Assembly (NCBI GenBank): GCA_047967505.1
Contig: CM106538.1
Length of the DNA: 64,000 bases
DNA from: Dipteris shenzhenensis
Lineage: Eukaryota
Strand: one strand, 5' to 3'
Shown here: piece by piece, positions 50,653 through 64,000 of the stretch
Layout: every line of letters starts with the position of its first letter
Position numbering within the stretch: the stretch's first letter is position 1
Translations under genes and position numbers: made by a program
Notes under the pieces: generated by a model
Database searches by the model: none
Told to the model about the DNA's origin: nothing
Seen by the model: the letters and a program-made list of their open reading frames with translations, nothing else

Positions 50653-50949
50653 AACATGAAGTGATGGGTGAGGTTGCTAAAATTTGTTTTTCTTGGGACC
50701 TCAAAAAGCGGTCTTTTAGTCTTTCTCTCTCTCATTTTAGTATTTCTCTCTCTAGATCTTGATTTTGTAAGTATGATTAGATCTTTTCTAGAGAGGATTT
50801 TGTCTATACTCATCCTTTAAGATTCATCCAGACTCAAGATATTACAAGCGAAGCTTTGCCGCTATCTACATACACAATGATCTCATCGTCATTGTTCTAT
50901 ACTCACTTCTAGCCCTTATTTGCCACACGTTTAATAATCCCCCAGACCA

Positions 50950-52560
50950 ATTTGATTACCGTCATCAGGTTATGGTTGATTTTGTGCTGTGTTAGTTTTT
51001 ACCCAATTAGTGTGGTGAAGATGGCATCGATGATAGATGGATCAAGCTTGTTGTCGACCTTTTCCTTGTAATCCACGAGCACCATAGATTGGTTGGTCAA
51101 TTTTTAAGAAGCCAGTGTCAACCATTTCTTCAAACAAACATACATACCGCACTTGAAGAGATATGGTAATTTGAAACAGGTGACTTGTTGTTTGAGCATC
51201 TATCTATTGATTTGGGTTGAAACTGAGCGTGGGTAAATGGTCATCAATGGTCAAGGACAACTCCAAGATTATTGCTAAACCTTCACTGTATTTGGCACTC
51301 ACCTTGAGTATTTTGTCATAACTACCTCGCATCTATGATGCATGTTTGTCCAAGGTTTTGATGAGTGTTTCTTGGCTTATCCATTTGACCTTGGAGTATA
51401 TATTGATTAGTAGCCAATTGCGAGGAGCGTCTTCCTTATCTAAAGCATGCTGATTGGCATCCCATCGGTAGCAATAGGTACTGCATCAAATGTGGGATGC
51501 ATTCAAAAGGAGATGGAGCTTGTCAATATACTCAAGGAGGTTTTTTTTTATAAGGAGTTTTGGTCTACACCAAGAAGGTTGTGCTTCCAACTTGTCACTT
51601 ATGTTTGGAGTGATTTGTGCTAGGCGAATGTGCATAGAAATCTCAGAGAGATCCCATCCTCCTCTTGACGCATATCTTGGTATTGCTTCCAAAAATCACC
51701 TATGGGATTGCCGGGCATGGGAATCTTGTTTGTATCCTTATCCTTATTCAACTCCTATGTGGTTATTCGATTTGGATTATCTAATTTGTGAAGCTCATTG
51801 ATGGAATCATTGAAGGTGCCTTCCAATGGAATTTCAATTGAGATCTAACGAATATGTGGTCTTGGGGGAGAGGCAGATTTATAGGGGACAAACATGAGGT
51901 GGAAGCAAGTAGTGAATTAGAGAAGGGGGAAGTAGGAATGTTGGTGGAAATTTTAGGTAAAGTAGGGAAAATGGATTTAGCGACTTGATAGTCCTAAGGG
52001 AAAGGGTTTTCAAATGCTAGGAAAAAGTTAGGTCTTACTAGATGGTAGGAGCTAGATTCTTGGATTAGGATGTAGTGTTGAGAGGCATGGCAAGGAACAT
52101 GGGTTAGCATGGATTTCTGGAAAGGTATGGAGGATGTTACTAGAGTTAGGGAGGGATGCGAGAAGATTAGAAAAGAGCGTGGCAAGATAGGGGAGATTAA
52201 ATTAATGGTAGACCACATATTCCTCGGGCAGGTCTTTGTCACTTTTGGTAGGCATTGACAGCTTCAATGTAGGATTTGTCTTGGAATTATATCCCAGGGA
52301 AGTTGATGGTGGTTGTTGCAGTAAGGATAGGAGTCCATCTACTATCCAAAGAGGAGGAATTCCCATCAAGCACTCATATAGAAGTATCACATCAGACTTC
52401 ATCTGTATGAGATTTGCATGCACGGAGAGATAGAATGCATTTCTCTCATCTTGATCCATCTTCTGGCATAGATCCTGAAGAGTCTTTGTGCTCACTGGCC
52501 TAGTCCAATCAAGACTAGATACTGCATGTATCATCTTGAGTTGCAAGTTTTTTTAGTGAA
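50950..52560 (-). pseudogene. Possible L1-type ORF1 remnant
   Basis: Fragmentary minus-strand coding-like sequence ending in a degenerate Cys/His cluster near 51100-51150; no diagnostic motif is intact. Confidence 0.3.
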
Positions 52561-53410
52561 TGTGTACTCTTCCTTCAACGTCATCCTCTTACTTGAGGAT
52601 TGCAATAAGATCTTGGTATAATGTAGTGATGCCCTATAGCAATAGATCTTGTGCTAACTCCTCCGCATCATCATGGGCTTGACTTAAGAGTTGAAGTTCC
52701 AATTTGGAAATTATTGCATTTTGATTTTGCAGCTCTATGCACTTTTGTTTATACTAACCCAGTGTTGAGGTGTAGGCAAGCTTTAGACTATTGAATTGTT
52801 GATATGCTTTTGGCTATCTTGGCAATTGACCATTAAGCACAGGAAGTTGGAGTATCTCTCTTTCTTTCTTTCTTTTTGGGCAAAGAAATATTTGATTATA
52901 TTATAATCATATGATTTGTACAATGAAGTCCACAGTGGACAAAATGTTCTCCTCTAAAGAGGAAGATCTAGTATGCATACAAAAATTCCACTGCTGAGAG
53001 GAGAAAAACAAACGATCTAGTAGCCACAGAGGAGAGGAGCAAAAGCTCAGATTCACTGGTCTAATCAGTAGTGCTTTGATATCATGCACTGCTCCATTTC
53101 TTGACATTTTAGGTTGCTTGCATCTCTTATTCTGAGACCAGTATTTCTCCTTGTCAAAGTAGAAAAAACAAAAATTGTTTGCTGTTCACCTAGTAACAGA
53201 GGAACAATGTGACAAAGGAACATTGTGCTAGAGGGGTCTCTTTAAACTAAGGTTAATAGGGAACAGAGATGGTAGGAGCTATTCTTGCAGGTCAACCACG
53301 GAATTGGTACACCTCCCTGCATCCCTAATGTGGTCTTCAAGTTCTGCATGCAGTTGTAAAACCTGATCATTATGGTTATGGAACTCTTGGTCCAACAAGA
53401 GGACACTCCA

Positions 53411-53630
53411 TGTCCTTTAGCTTCGGTGATGGGTGAACAAGGAGGCTCGGTGTCCTTTAGCTTCGGTGATGGGTGAACAAGGAGGCTTGGTGTCCTCTAG
53501 CTTTGGTGGAGAGAATAAGGAGGTTTGGTGTCCTCTAGCTTCAGTGGTGGATGAAGGAGGAGGTTCGGTATCCTCTAGGCTTAGTGGTGGATGCAAGAGG
53601 TAAATTCACATCCTTTAGCTTCGGTGGTGA
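53411..53630 (+). repeat. ~40-bp tandem repeat, about 5.5 copies
   Basis: tgtcctttagcttcggtgatgggtgaacaaggaggctcgg, with divergence increasing rightwards. Confidence 0.92.
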
Positions 53631-53929
53631 GAAGTGCCTCCTTCGACTCTCTCTACCCATCACCTCTCTCTTACAAGCACTCTCTCTCTCTCTCCACCCC
53701 ATCACCTCTCTTTTTCCCCACCCCATTAGCTCTCTCTAATATCATCCCTCTCTCTCCACTCTTCCCCCCTCCACCTTCTCGTGACTCCCCATAGCCACCT
53801 TGGCATTGGCTATTTTTAGTAGCCCCTTGCCTTTTGGCTGCCTTTCTACCTATCGCCCTATTTTTCCCCTTTTCATTGCAAATTTATCCCTGTCACTGCC
53901 TAAGGACTCTCCTCTTCATCGCCTATAGC

Positions 53930-54640
53930 TACAGCCCCCTCTTTCCTCTCCTCTAGCTCCCCCTCACCTCCTACTCTCACCACCTATTGCCCTCTCCCCT
54001 CCCATCGTCTACAGCCCTCCCCCTCGCCATCTTCTCTCTGCTCACATAGCCCCCCCTCTTGCGCCATCACTCCCTCTCCCTCCATCACTCCCTCTTCCTA
54101 TAACCCCCCACTTGCACCATCACTCCCTCCTCTGTGCCATCACTCCCTCTCCCTCCATCACTCCCTCTTCCTACAGCCCCCCCTTGCACCATCACTCCCT
54201 CTCCCTCCAACGCTTGCCATCACTCCCTCTCCCTACAACCCCCCCCTTGCGCCATCACTCCCTCTCCCCTACAGCCCCCCCCCCCCCCTTGCGCCATCAC
54301 TCCCTCTCCCTCTATCATTCCCCCCTATGCTCCTAAAGCCTCCTCCCTCCTGCGCCATCTCTTGCTGCACCATCTCCCCCTACGCCATCTCCCTCCTACA
54401 CCTCCACCTCCTACCCCCTTCTCCTCTCCTACTCCATCTCCTTCGGCACCATCTCCCCCTGCGCCATCTCCCTCTTGCCCCTACACCATCTCTCCCTACG
54501 CCATCTCCCCCTACACAATCTCCTCCTGTGCCATCTCCTCCTGCCCCATCTCCTCCTGCCCTATCTCCTTCTATGCCATCTCCTCCTCACCATCTTCTCC
54601 TCCTTCCTTCTACTCCCTTCATTGCTCCCTCCCCCCTCCT
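53930..54640 (+). repeat. C-rich minisatellites (gccatcactccctctcc units, then 15-bp gccatctcctcctgc units)
   Basis: Directly visible; these generate the Pro/Ser/His-rich pseudo-ORFs. Confidence 0.9.
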
Positions 54641-55379
54641 CTTGGGTGCCTTGTCTGGTGATCAATCACCCCCCTACCATCTCCAACAATTGCTTTCCCC
54701 AACATCTTTTGTGGTTATAACCTCCCCTTGTACTCATGTTGACTTCTCTCCTCTTTGACATCTCCTTTATCCTCTTCTCCTCTATACCAAGAGAGGCGCA
54801 CCAAGTACAAACATCGCCTGCCAAAAGACAAACTCTTCACTCCCTTTTATGCGAAGATGACTCCTTAGGGGTCACCTTCACATCCCTCTCTAGTGCCACA
54901 AAGCACCTAGGCAAGCAGCTCCATGAATCCCCCTACATCTCGATCGCTCCACCATGACTTTCTTCTCCGATAGCACTAGGTGCATTTGTTGCCCCATGGT
55001 AATGATTTTCCTCCAGTGGGGACATTCTCTTATGCACATCATTCATCTAGAGTTATGACATGTCCTCTGACACCTTCGAGTTTATGAGTTCTCGCCACAT
55101 TTTGACCCCAACTTTGTTGTCTACTTATTTGCATCTTCCCACTCTTGCTATTCATCCTACCTATGGTGAGTCTCCAATCCTAACATCCTTTCTCACAGTC
55201 TGTAAGTGGCACACTGTTAACATCCAGGGAGTACAGTCACCGAATGTAGGGTAATCAGTGATTAGAGGTGATTAGGCTTCATGATTTACTTCAACGGTTG
55301 CAACCATGGAAGAAATACAGTACAAGCTCAGGGAGTTTGAGCCCCAAATACCCCAAGGACAAAGATTGCAAGCAACAGG

Positions 55380-55452
55380 CACAAGTTGCAGGTTCTAACT
55401 CACAAATTGCAGGTTCTAGCTCACAGGTTGTAGGTTCCAACTGCAAGTTGTG
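55380..55452 (+). repeat. 21-bp tandem repeat, ~3.5 copies, within an LTR-like segment
   Basis: cacaagttgcaggttctaact / cacaaattgcaggttctagct / cacaggttgtaggttccaact. Confidence 0.8.
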
Positions 55453-57118
55453 GTTAAGTGTCTCGCGGAAGTTAAGCCTCACCACTCTAGGTTTTGAGTC
55501 TCGTATAGGGGGTTTGAATCCCAAATAGCTTAGGAATTGGAGGCACGAGGCTAACACAAGTGCTATTTGGAAGCCAGTTAGGAAGACCTCCTAATGCTAG
55601 GCATGTCTTAAGTGCTCTTATATGGTTAACACAAGCACTATTTCTGCTACTAGGGAGAGAGATGGAAAGAATAGCAATATGCCTTGGCACTATATGGGCC
55701 CAGGAGCCTTTTAATGTAAAGAGAGGGAGAGTGCTAAAAGGAAAAGGGTTGGCAAACTCCCTTCAAAAGGTAACATGTAGAAAAGGCTAAAGTGTTGACT
55801 TTGGTCTTCATTGTTGTTTGCACAAGTTTGAATACAAGCTCTCTCTTCTCTTCCAAGAGTGTTTTGGGTGTTCCCTTGTTTCCATTGTAGTGCCCTTGTG
55901 TTTGCCACTCTATCCCCCTTCACTCTCCTCTTCCTTTCTCCTTCTTTCTCCCTTCTCCCCTCTCTTCTCCCCTCTCCCCCTTCCCTCTTCTCTCATGGAA
56001 ACACATTGCAACAATCCAGAGGTCGCTTGAATGACACATGCAGAAGGCTCGTGCCTTGCATTGCTGTCACAAGGAGTAGCTTGGAGTGGAGGCTCCATTG
56101 GCATCTTTTCAACATCTCCACGACATGTGATTCACCGTCAAGACCACACATACAGACGGGGAGAAGATTGTCGACAAGCTATGGAAGGGCATGAGAAGAG
56201 AGGAGGTACTGGCCAAGTATTTCTTTGCATGTTTGTATTCAACGCCTGGCCATTTCTTTATCTTACAAAGTATTCGCCATGCACACCCTCCTCACCGCGA
56301 CTCCTTTTGACTTCACCTCTCTATTTCATTCCACCTTTTGTGCCACTGTGTGAAAACATCACGGAAAGGCACATACATGCACGTGGGCCACATCTTACCT
56401 GCCTTCTCCATCAATGGGCAGGCTGCCCCTCCTCCTATTATAGCTGCTGCGAGGCTTCCATCTACCCACCTGGCCCTTTTATTTATTGGGTCACATCTTC
56501 TTCCTCACCTTCTTCCCCCTCCCCTGCCAGCGCCATAATTTCCTCTCTAGCATCTCAACCTTTCTCCCTCAATGCTACATCCACCACCCCACCACCTCTC
56601 CAACATGTCTCATCTCATGAGGATCCAACTACTTCATGCACTTCAGAAGCCCAGTTGGTGGTCAGTTCTGCACAAGTTTGAGATGCTTCCTCCATGGCTT
56701 TGGCATCTTCTTCAGGTATCCCATCCCTTCATCTCACAATGATATCCTCAGTGGCTAGCACTATCATGGATTCCATTATTGCTACTGTTCAGGAGGGAGA
56801 TGATACTCTGGAGCCACTTGATTTGCCACTCCATGACCACCCAGTTGGTACAACTTCACTCCGTGTTTCATAGGTCTTTACATCATGCACACCGTAGGTC
56901 TATGCGACATCTCAGGAGCTATTCGATCTCAATCTTACATTGGGCATGAGCGGTGACGGGACTAATCATGGGCATCGGGCACTCTTGGTTCCCTCTTTGC
57001 AACTACAAGCCCCCCACTTATCGCTCCTACCACCCTCCATTCCCATGCCTCCTCGTCGACCACGTACTAGCTACGCAACACCCAACACTTCTGACATCAC
57101 ATGTACCGGTGCTGCTAC

Positions 57119-57620
57119 TTAGGTTGTCACATGTACTAGTGTTTTAAGAAATGCTTTTGTCCATCTTAAGTGCTCTTCATGCACTTGTTGTCGAAGAAAT
57201 CGATCCTCCATAGAAGATTGCTCTCCCTTTTTTCTATTCTTTACCTGACAGATATTAGTCGCATCAAAACTCACCTGAGACCTACTTGCTAGCATATCTA
57301 CATCACCTTCATGTATGGATACACTCCTCGCATTTATTGGTGCTTCTCCTTCAACCATCTCATCAATCTCAGTGCTCACATCTTATTAGGGTCGGATTGA
57401 CCACTTTCTTCACTTTCTCTAAATACGATTTGCATAACGGAAGAACATCAGATGGAGTGCATGTGCAAGCTCCAATGCCACTACCTATTCTGAGAAAATG
57501 TTGCTTGATGTGAGTAGAACCACCTGTGAACTTGTGTCCACAATATTTACACTGCAAGAAAGAAACCAAGGCATGTACTTTTTGTATCTCCATCACGTAT
57601 GACCAAATCTTGCTGTGCAC
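57119..57620 (-). pseudogene. hAT transposase N-terminus (BED zinc finger) remnant
   Basis: IWSYV...CKYCGHKFTGGSTHIKQHFLRIGSGIGAC matches the plant hAT BED pattern W..Cx2C..GG..R.K.HL..C; followed by QSSMEDRF. Confidence 0.8.
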
Positions 57621-57625
57621 GAAGA

Positions 57626-60600
57626 AGATTTGGTAGTGTGTTTCTGCTTGTGAGCAGATTGTGAGAGATGGCCCAACCTACAAGACTGCAAATCCCACCA
57701 TTCAGCGAAAGTGGAAAGTTGGATGGCTCTAAGTATCCACTCTAGAAGTTCAAGATGAAGACCATCCTAAGCACATACGAGCTTTGGGACACTACTACTG
57801 GGGTGGACATGAGGCCGATTGTGAGACCCGATCCAGCCAATGCAGGACAATAGATAGTACCAATTGCAAATGAGATTCTCACATGGACAAGAAGACATGC
57901 AGATGCACTGTGTTCTATTGTCTGTAGTTAAGTGATTCTGTCATGGTGTTAATTCAACATGTCACCATAGTGGAGGAGGCATGGATGGTCTTGAAAAATT
58001 AGTACGAGACCACGAATTAGATGCGGATTCAGAATTTGGAGACTCAACTCACGAACGAGAAATTGTCTGAGTCTGAAGCGGTAGAGAAGTTCATCACCAG
58101 GGTGAAGAATCTGCGCGATCAGATGACTGCAATTGGCATCACCATCACTAGCAAGAATCTAGCACGGAGGTGCATACGGATTCTCCCACCAACGTACGAC
58201 GGCGGTCTTGTTACGGTGCTGAATATGCAGAACAAAAATCCACCACTCAACTTTGAGGATTTCAGCACAATGCTTTTGGAGGAGGAGATGCGTTAAAAGA
58301 CGAGGACTGGAGAAGATTCGGCTTTCTACGCTAGATCAAAGAAAGGTAAGGGTAAGGACTCTGGTAACCCATCTTCTTCTGATGATAAAAAGAGAAAGAA
58401 GAAGATCAAGTGCTTCTATTGCAACAAGGCAGGGCACAAGCAAAATGAGTGCCGAAAGAAGATTGCAGATGAGAAGAATGGAGTAAAGAAAGAGTCTAGC
58501 AACAGCGCGTAGGCAGTACGAGTAGAACTATTCATAGCAATTGAGGAGATTTGCACAGGTGCACTTCATGTACCTGCGGATGAACCTTGGATCATTGACA
58601 GTGGTGCATCACGCCACGTGACCAGTCGAAAGGATTGGTATAGCTCTCTACATCTGGTAGGGAATGACATCTTGGTAGCAGTCGGCAATGATGCAAAATG
58701 TCCAGCAAAAGGAAAAGGTACGATTGCTCTCAAGTCAGATGGAGTTGTAAAACAATTGTCTGATGTTCTTTATGTGCCAGATATCAAAAGGAACTTGTTG
58801 CCCATTTCTACGATCATGGATCGGGACCTCAAAGTTTAATTCCATAAGAATAGTGCACAAATTCTGGATCTTCAAGGGGAGGTCATTGGTAAAGGTACAC
58901 GGTGCAACAACATTTATGAACTCTCAGCTTTCAATGCTCGAGTGGATGTGAAGAACACTAAGCTATGGCATGAGAGGTTCGGTCATCTAAACCTTAGTTA
59001 TTTGAAAGAGATGCATAAAATTGGAATGATTACAGACCTACCAAAAATTTCAGATCTGCCCGATGTATGTGAAGCTTGCATGATGGGCAAGCAGCATCGA
59101 CATTCCTTTCCTAAAGAGGCCAGCAAGGCAAAGGCTCCTCTAGAGCTCGTTCACACGGACCTCTGTAGAAAGATGGAGATGGAAGCTTTGGGTGGTTCCT
59201 ACTACTTCATGACACTGATCGACGACGATAGTAGAAGGATATGGATATACTTCCTAAAGACTAAAGACGAGGATTTTAGTAGGTTCAAGGAATGGCATGT
59301 AATGGTCGAGAAAGAATCGGGGAGGAAGGTGAAGAAGTTAAGATCAAACAAAGATGGAGAGTTCACATCGATTGAATTCAAAAGTTACTGCAAAAGTCAC
59401 GGGATCAAGAGGCAGAAACCCCTACCACATTCATCACAGCAAAATGGATTAGAAGAATGCAAGATGCACGTCATCTGCGAAATGGGCCGGAGTATGATGA
59501 AAGGGAAAAATTTGCCAAAGACTTTCTGGGCTGAGGCATGTAACACTACAGTTTACATCCTCAATCGTAGCTACAGGAAGGCTGTGAACGGGATGACTCC
59601 ACTGTAGGCCTTTTCTAGTAAGAAACCTTCAGCTGCACATTTCAGAGTTTTTGGATTTGACTTTTTTGTGCATGTCCCTAATGCTACCAGGACCAAATGG
59701 GAACCGAAGAGCCGAAAGTGTATTTTCTTGGGCTACAGTGAAGAGGTGAAGGGTTACCATCTCTATAACCATGTTACCACGAAGATAATTGTAAGTCGTG
59801 ATGTGGTCTTCTCAGAACAGCTGCATCAATTGGAGGAGGATGCTTCCTTCCCAGACAATTAGGACCAGGATATCCAGTCAGTACTGCCACCAACAGCAGA
59901 TCAAACTCCCCCAATGGTGCTTGGGAGGATTCAAGACAAAGAAGATGAAGAAGAACCTGCAGAACCACAATGGCAACGGCCATTCCTGAAGTGGGTAAAG
60001 CAGCTTTTGGATGGCAGAGAACCTCTAGCCATTGAGGAGGAACCTTCCAAACACCGCCGGTCCAAGAGATTAGAGGAGCACAGAAGGGCACAAGAACACT
60101 TGGTCAACTACACTTTGATGACGGAGGTGATACGTGCTAAAGAACCCAAGTGTCTTGAAGAGGCACAGGGTGATGATAGGTGGATGGAGGCCGCTGCAGT
60201 CAGAGTATGGCTCCATAATGAAGAATAACACTTGGGACCTTGTGGATCGGCCACCAAAACGCAAGGTAATCGGCACCAAGTGGGTGTACAAGACCAAGTA
60301 CAAGTCCGATGGCACATTGGATAAGTACAAGGCTCGGCTCATAGGAAAAGGATTCGCACAGGTACATGGTTTTGATTATCAAGATACTTTTGCTCCCACA
60401 GCTCGACTAACCACAATTCGCAGTGTTTTGGCTTTCACTTCCCAAGGAAGGTTGCTCGTGTTTCAGATGGATGTAAAATACGCCTTTCTGAATGGAGATC
60501 TCAAGGAGGTATATGTGGAACAACCACTAGGTTTTGAGATCCCCGGTTCAGAAGGTAAAGTCTGCAAATTGAAGAAGGCACTTTACAAGCTGAAACAGGC

Positions 60601-62372
60601 CCCACGAGCGTGGTACCAGTGAATTGATGCCTACTTTCTACAAAACGGGTTCAAGAGGAGCCCATCTGATGCAAATTTGTATATCTTTAGAGAAGGAGGC
60701 AGGTGTATGATCGTGGTCCTTTATGTGGATGACCTTGTCATAACAGGGAACCATGAAGAGAAGATCTCACAGACGAAGCATTTGCTAGGAAGAGAGTTTG
60801 AAATGACAGACCTCGGACTGATGCATTTCTATTTGGGGATTGAAGTTTGGTAGGAGCTGAAACAGATCTTCATTTCACAGCTGAAGTATGCTGGAGAGAT
60901 ACTAAAGGCATTTGACATGCCTGAGTGCAAGATAGTTGGTACCCCTATGGAGGTTGATGTGAAGCTCTCAAACAAGGATTCATCACCAGTGGTGGACGAA
61001 GCAAAGTACAAAAGACTTGTAGGCAGCTTGATTTACTTATGCAACATGAGGCCGGACATCAGCTTTGCAACTAGTGTAGTAAGCAGGTTTTCCAATAAGC
61101 CCCGGGAGAACCATTGGAGGGTAGGAATGCGGGTGTTGAAATACATCAAAGGCACACTTGATTATGGCATCACCTATACCAAGGGCAACATCATCTTGAT
61201 CAGATTCTGTGACTCGGATTGGGCAAGAGACGTGGACAGCAGGAGGTCAGTGACAGGTTACTATTTCTCACTTGGATCTGGAGCTGTGCCATGGGTCAGC
61301 AAGAAGCAACCCACAGTTGCTCTTTCTTCTACCGAGGCCGAGTACAAATCAGCATGCTTTGCTTCTTGCGAGGCAGTGTGGTTGAGGAGGACTTTAGGGG
61401 ACATGGGTACAGTAGTGCAGAACAAGCCTACATAGTTATCATGTGACAATCAGACTTGCATGGCAATTGCAAAGAACCCTGTGTTCCATGCTTGCACAAA
61501 ACACACTGAGATTCAATATCACTTTGGATGGAGAGGTCAACTTGGTGTACTGTCTGACTACAGAGAATGCTACGGACATCTTCACGAAGGCTCTTGGAAG
61601 AGACTTGCTAGAGAGGCATCTTCATCGACTTGGCATTGGACCGAAAAAGTAAGTTCACTTGTGGGTGGACATTGAGGGGGGGTGTTAGATATCAATGCCG
61701 CACTCTCGTGTAACTATGCGAGAACCACCTAACTCTACTTGTAAGCCCCCCATATGAGGAGAAGGCATTTGAGTAGCTCGGTTATCTAGTAGGTCCTGGT
61801 TTACACCAAATGGGGGCCATGTGTGGCCTGATGGCTAGACAGCTTCAGATAGAGTTGGCACACCGCCAACTAGGCTACATGCAAGTGCAGGAAGGCATCC
61901 CTTGACTGACCACACTGAGGGTAGATGGAGCATTTCCTAGGGCAACCCACTCTCGGGTTGCGGGGCCTATTTGGGGTCCCAGATGGTCCCAGTTGCTCTA
62001 TTTTGTGCACCGGTTCTATCGTGTGGTCGGTGGCCTATTTCGAGACCGACCCCCAGTCGACCGTTTTGGGCAGACTGGGTCGGTCAATTGGGTCCAATCG
62101 ACTATGACTGGTGGCAATATAAGAGCAAGCCCGTGAAGCCCATTTTATCACTGGCTACAGCAACCCTAATTCCTTAGCATCTAGCCTCCATCTTCTACTG
62201 TTTCCAGCTTGCCATTGAAGCTTCTTTCACAGGAGCGCACGGTTGGGAGGCAGCGCCATCTATTGTATCAGTTCTATAGTAATCAAATTTTTGATTCTCC
62301 ATACTATTTGGTTTTCTCTCTTGTGTACGAGATCCTGTTATCTGTTGAGCATAGACGTATTATTTTCTTACA
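57626..62372 (+). mobile_element. Ty1/copia element lacking its 5' LTR, degenerate gag-pol; same family as 28578-32699
   Basis: gag (CFYCNKAGHKQNEC), PR (WIIDSGAS), IN (LELVHTDLC), RT (QMDVKYAFLNG, YVDDL), RNase H; PPT 61673-61682; 3' LTR TG..CA 61683-62372. Confidence 0.93.
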
Positions 62373-62459
62373 GAAGAGACCCTGAACTACCCAATAGAGA
62401 TCCTCAACCTTCCCCCACTCCCCCTTTCTTCCCTAGAATGAGTCTATGTGTGAGAAGTA

Positions 62460-64000
62460 TATTGTTGTTTTAACTATCGAGCTACGTTAGGACAGTCACA
62501 ATAACTCTAAGCTAGTTGATTGAAAGTAGCCCAGTGGGAAATTAGGAAATAAAATTATAAGAATTATAAGAACATTGTTTAAACTATATTAGGAAATCAA
62601 CTTTTGGGCATACTAAGGCCATTAATTGAACTATAACAACACACAATACTTGTAAAACATATTGATGTTCCACCCACCAAGCTAGTTTGATACAGTCACA
62701 TGAACTTCAAAAAGCCAGTCGAGTGGTTTACTAAAATTACAAAAGTAAACTTTTGGGAACACTAAGAATATTAATTAAACTATAAAAATCAAACTATATG
62801 CAAAATATATTATTGCTTTAACCACTGGGATTAGTTAGGATATTGACAACCTTAAGCTAGCTCAACCTAGCGGTTGACTTGAACCATCCTACAATAGCAC
62901 TATAATAAAATGCCATACATGTACAATATATTATTATTCTAACCACCTAATTGGTTTGTCCTTACAAGCCTAAACCAACTTGGATTGGTCGTTGACTTGA
63001 ACTAGCTTGCAATAACATTAATTAACACTGTAGTAAAACTTAGTACATACAAATATATTGATATTCCGACTATCGAGATGGTTTATGACAATTACAAGTC
63101 TAAACCAACCCATAGATTGGTGGTTGACTGTAATTAAAAAAGCCTATGAGATAGTTTAGGACCATCACAAGATGAAACCAATCCATCTTCTTGGTTGAAA
63201 TAAACCAACTTTTGCTTCAATAGGCAAAAGGTACGATCAACTCATTGAAGGACATTAAGGATCGCAGCTTGGTAAAGAGATGGATCGAGAACGTCATGCA
63301 AAATGGTCAATCAATCCAAGGAGAGAGCTACCAAAATTATAAAGGATTTGAGAGCGGAAAGTTTACTAGAAAAAAAAATCAGTATGGCTTTATTCACAAA
63401 GTTCGATGCAATAATGGGTTCCCTTTAGTCTCAGTTCGACGCAATAATGGGTTCCCTTCAATCTTAATACTTGATCTTCTCAAGCTTCCCCTTACAACTA
63501 GATGCACTCTCAGCTATTCAAAATGTCTTGACTATTTGATTTATCTCATGTGGATTTGTCTCAAATGGTCGATTGTGTGGAATTGGTTAAAATTTTAAAG
63601 TTTGATGATGTGTATTGGATGCATCTCTCCCACTAATCCAAGGTAGTTCTATGAATGTAATCCCATGGACCTGTTGCTTGTAGTCAGTCGTGGTTGAATT
63701 TTGAGGTATTATAGTGAATATAAGACTTGTGAATGTAAAATCATAAACATTTTGTAAACATTTTGAATATAAAATTATATAGTTGAAGAGTTTAAAATAG
63801 TACATGCAAAATCTATTGCTCTTCCAACTCCACCGGGGGCTTGTTTAGGACAATCACAAGCCTAAACCAACCCAACTCGATGTTGACTTGAACTAGCCTA
63901 TAATAACACTAATTAACACTATAATAAAGCATAGTACATGCAAAATATATTGATGTTCTAACGACTAGGCTAGTTTAGGATCCTGGATAATCACAAGCCT
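62460..64000 (+). repeat. Diverged tandem array (~125-200 bp units), possibly DNA-transposon subterminal repeats
   Basis: Recurrent ttaggacaatcacaagcctaaaccaac, gttgacttgaactagc and catgcaaaatatattgat blocks; interrupted by unique sequence at ~63200-63750; runs off the window. Confidence 0.8.

Noticed and set aside
54112-54758. Extensin-like Pro/Ser-rich ORFs
   Set aside because: All three frames are open because the C-rich repeats lack stop codons; no signal peptide or gene structure.
55201-55775. Solo LTR
   Set aside because: It has an LTR-like look and TG..CA candidates, but I found no TSD, PBS, PPT or second copy in the window.
56031-56681. 216-aa ORF as a host gene
   Set aside because: Low-complexity Ser/Pro composition, no motif, and located among TE debris.

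Overview
Eukaryotic, repeat-saturated land-plant DNA (a fern or lycophyte-like genome is my inference from the TE families and abundant (CA)n tracts). I see no intact host gene. The window is a nest of transposable elements: two copies of an RTE-like LINE (- strand), a deleted Ty3/gypsy element with matching LTRs and TSD inserted into the second LINE, five Ty1/copia elements (one very young and complete in outline, nested in an old one), hAT, CACTA and L1 remnants, and several satellites and minisatellites. Two things stand out. (1) A degraded Penelope-like retroelement at about 22.3-27.7 kb has ~1.4 kb pseudo-LTRs, sits in (CA)n tracts and resembles the N-terminal-endonuclease Naiad/Chlamys type. 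(2) A decayed minus-strand gene at 18.15-19.6 kb appears to join an FCP1/NIF-type phosphatase domain to a SET domain, directly downstream of a 1.3 kb array built from two alternating palindromes. All protein assignments come from motifs read by eye; no database search was run.
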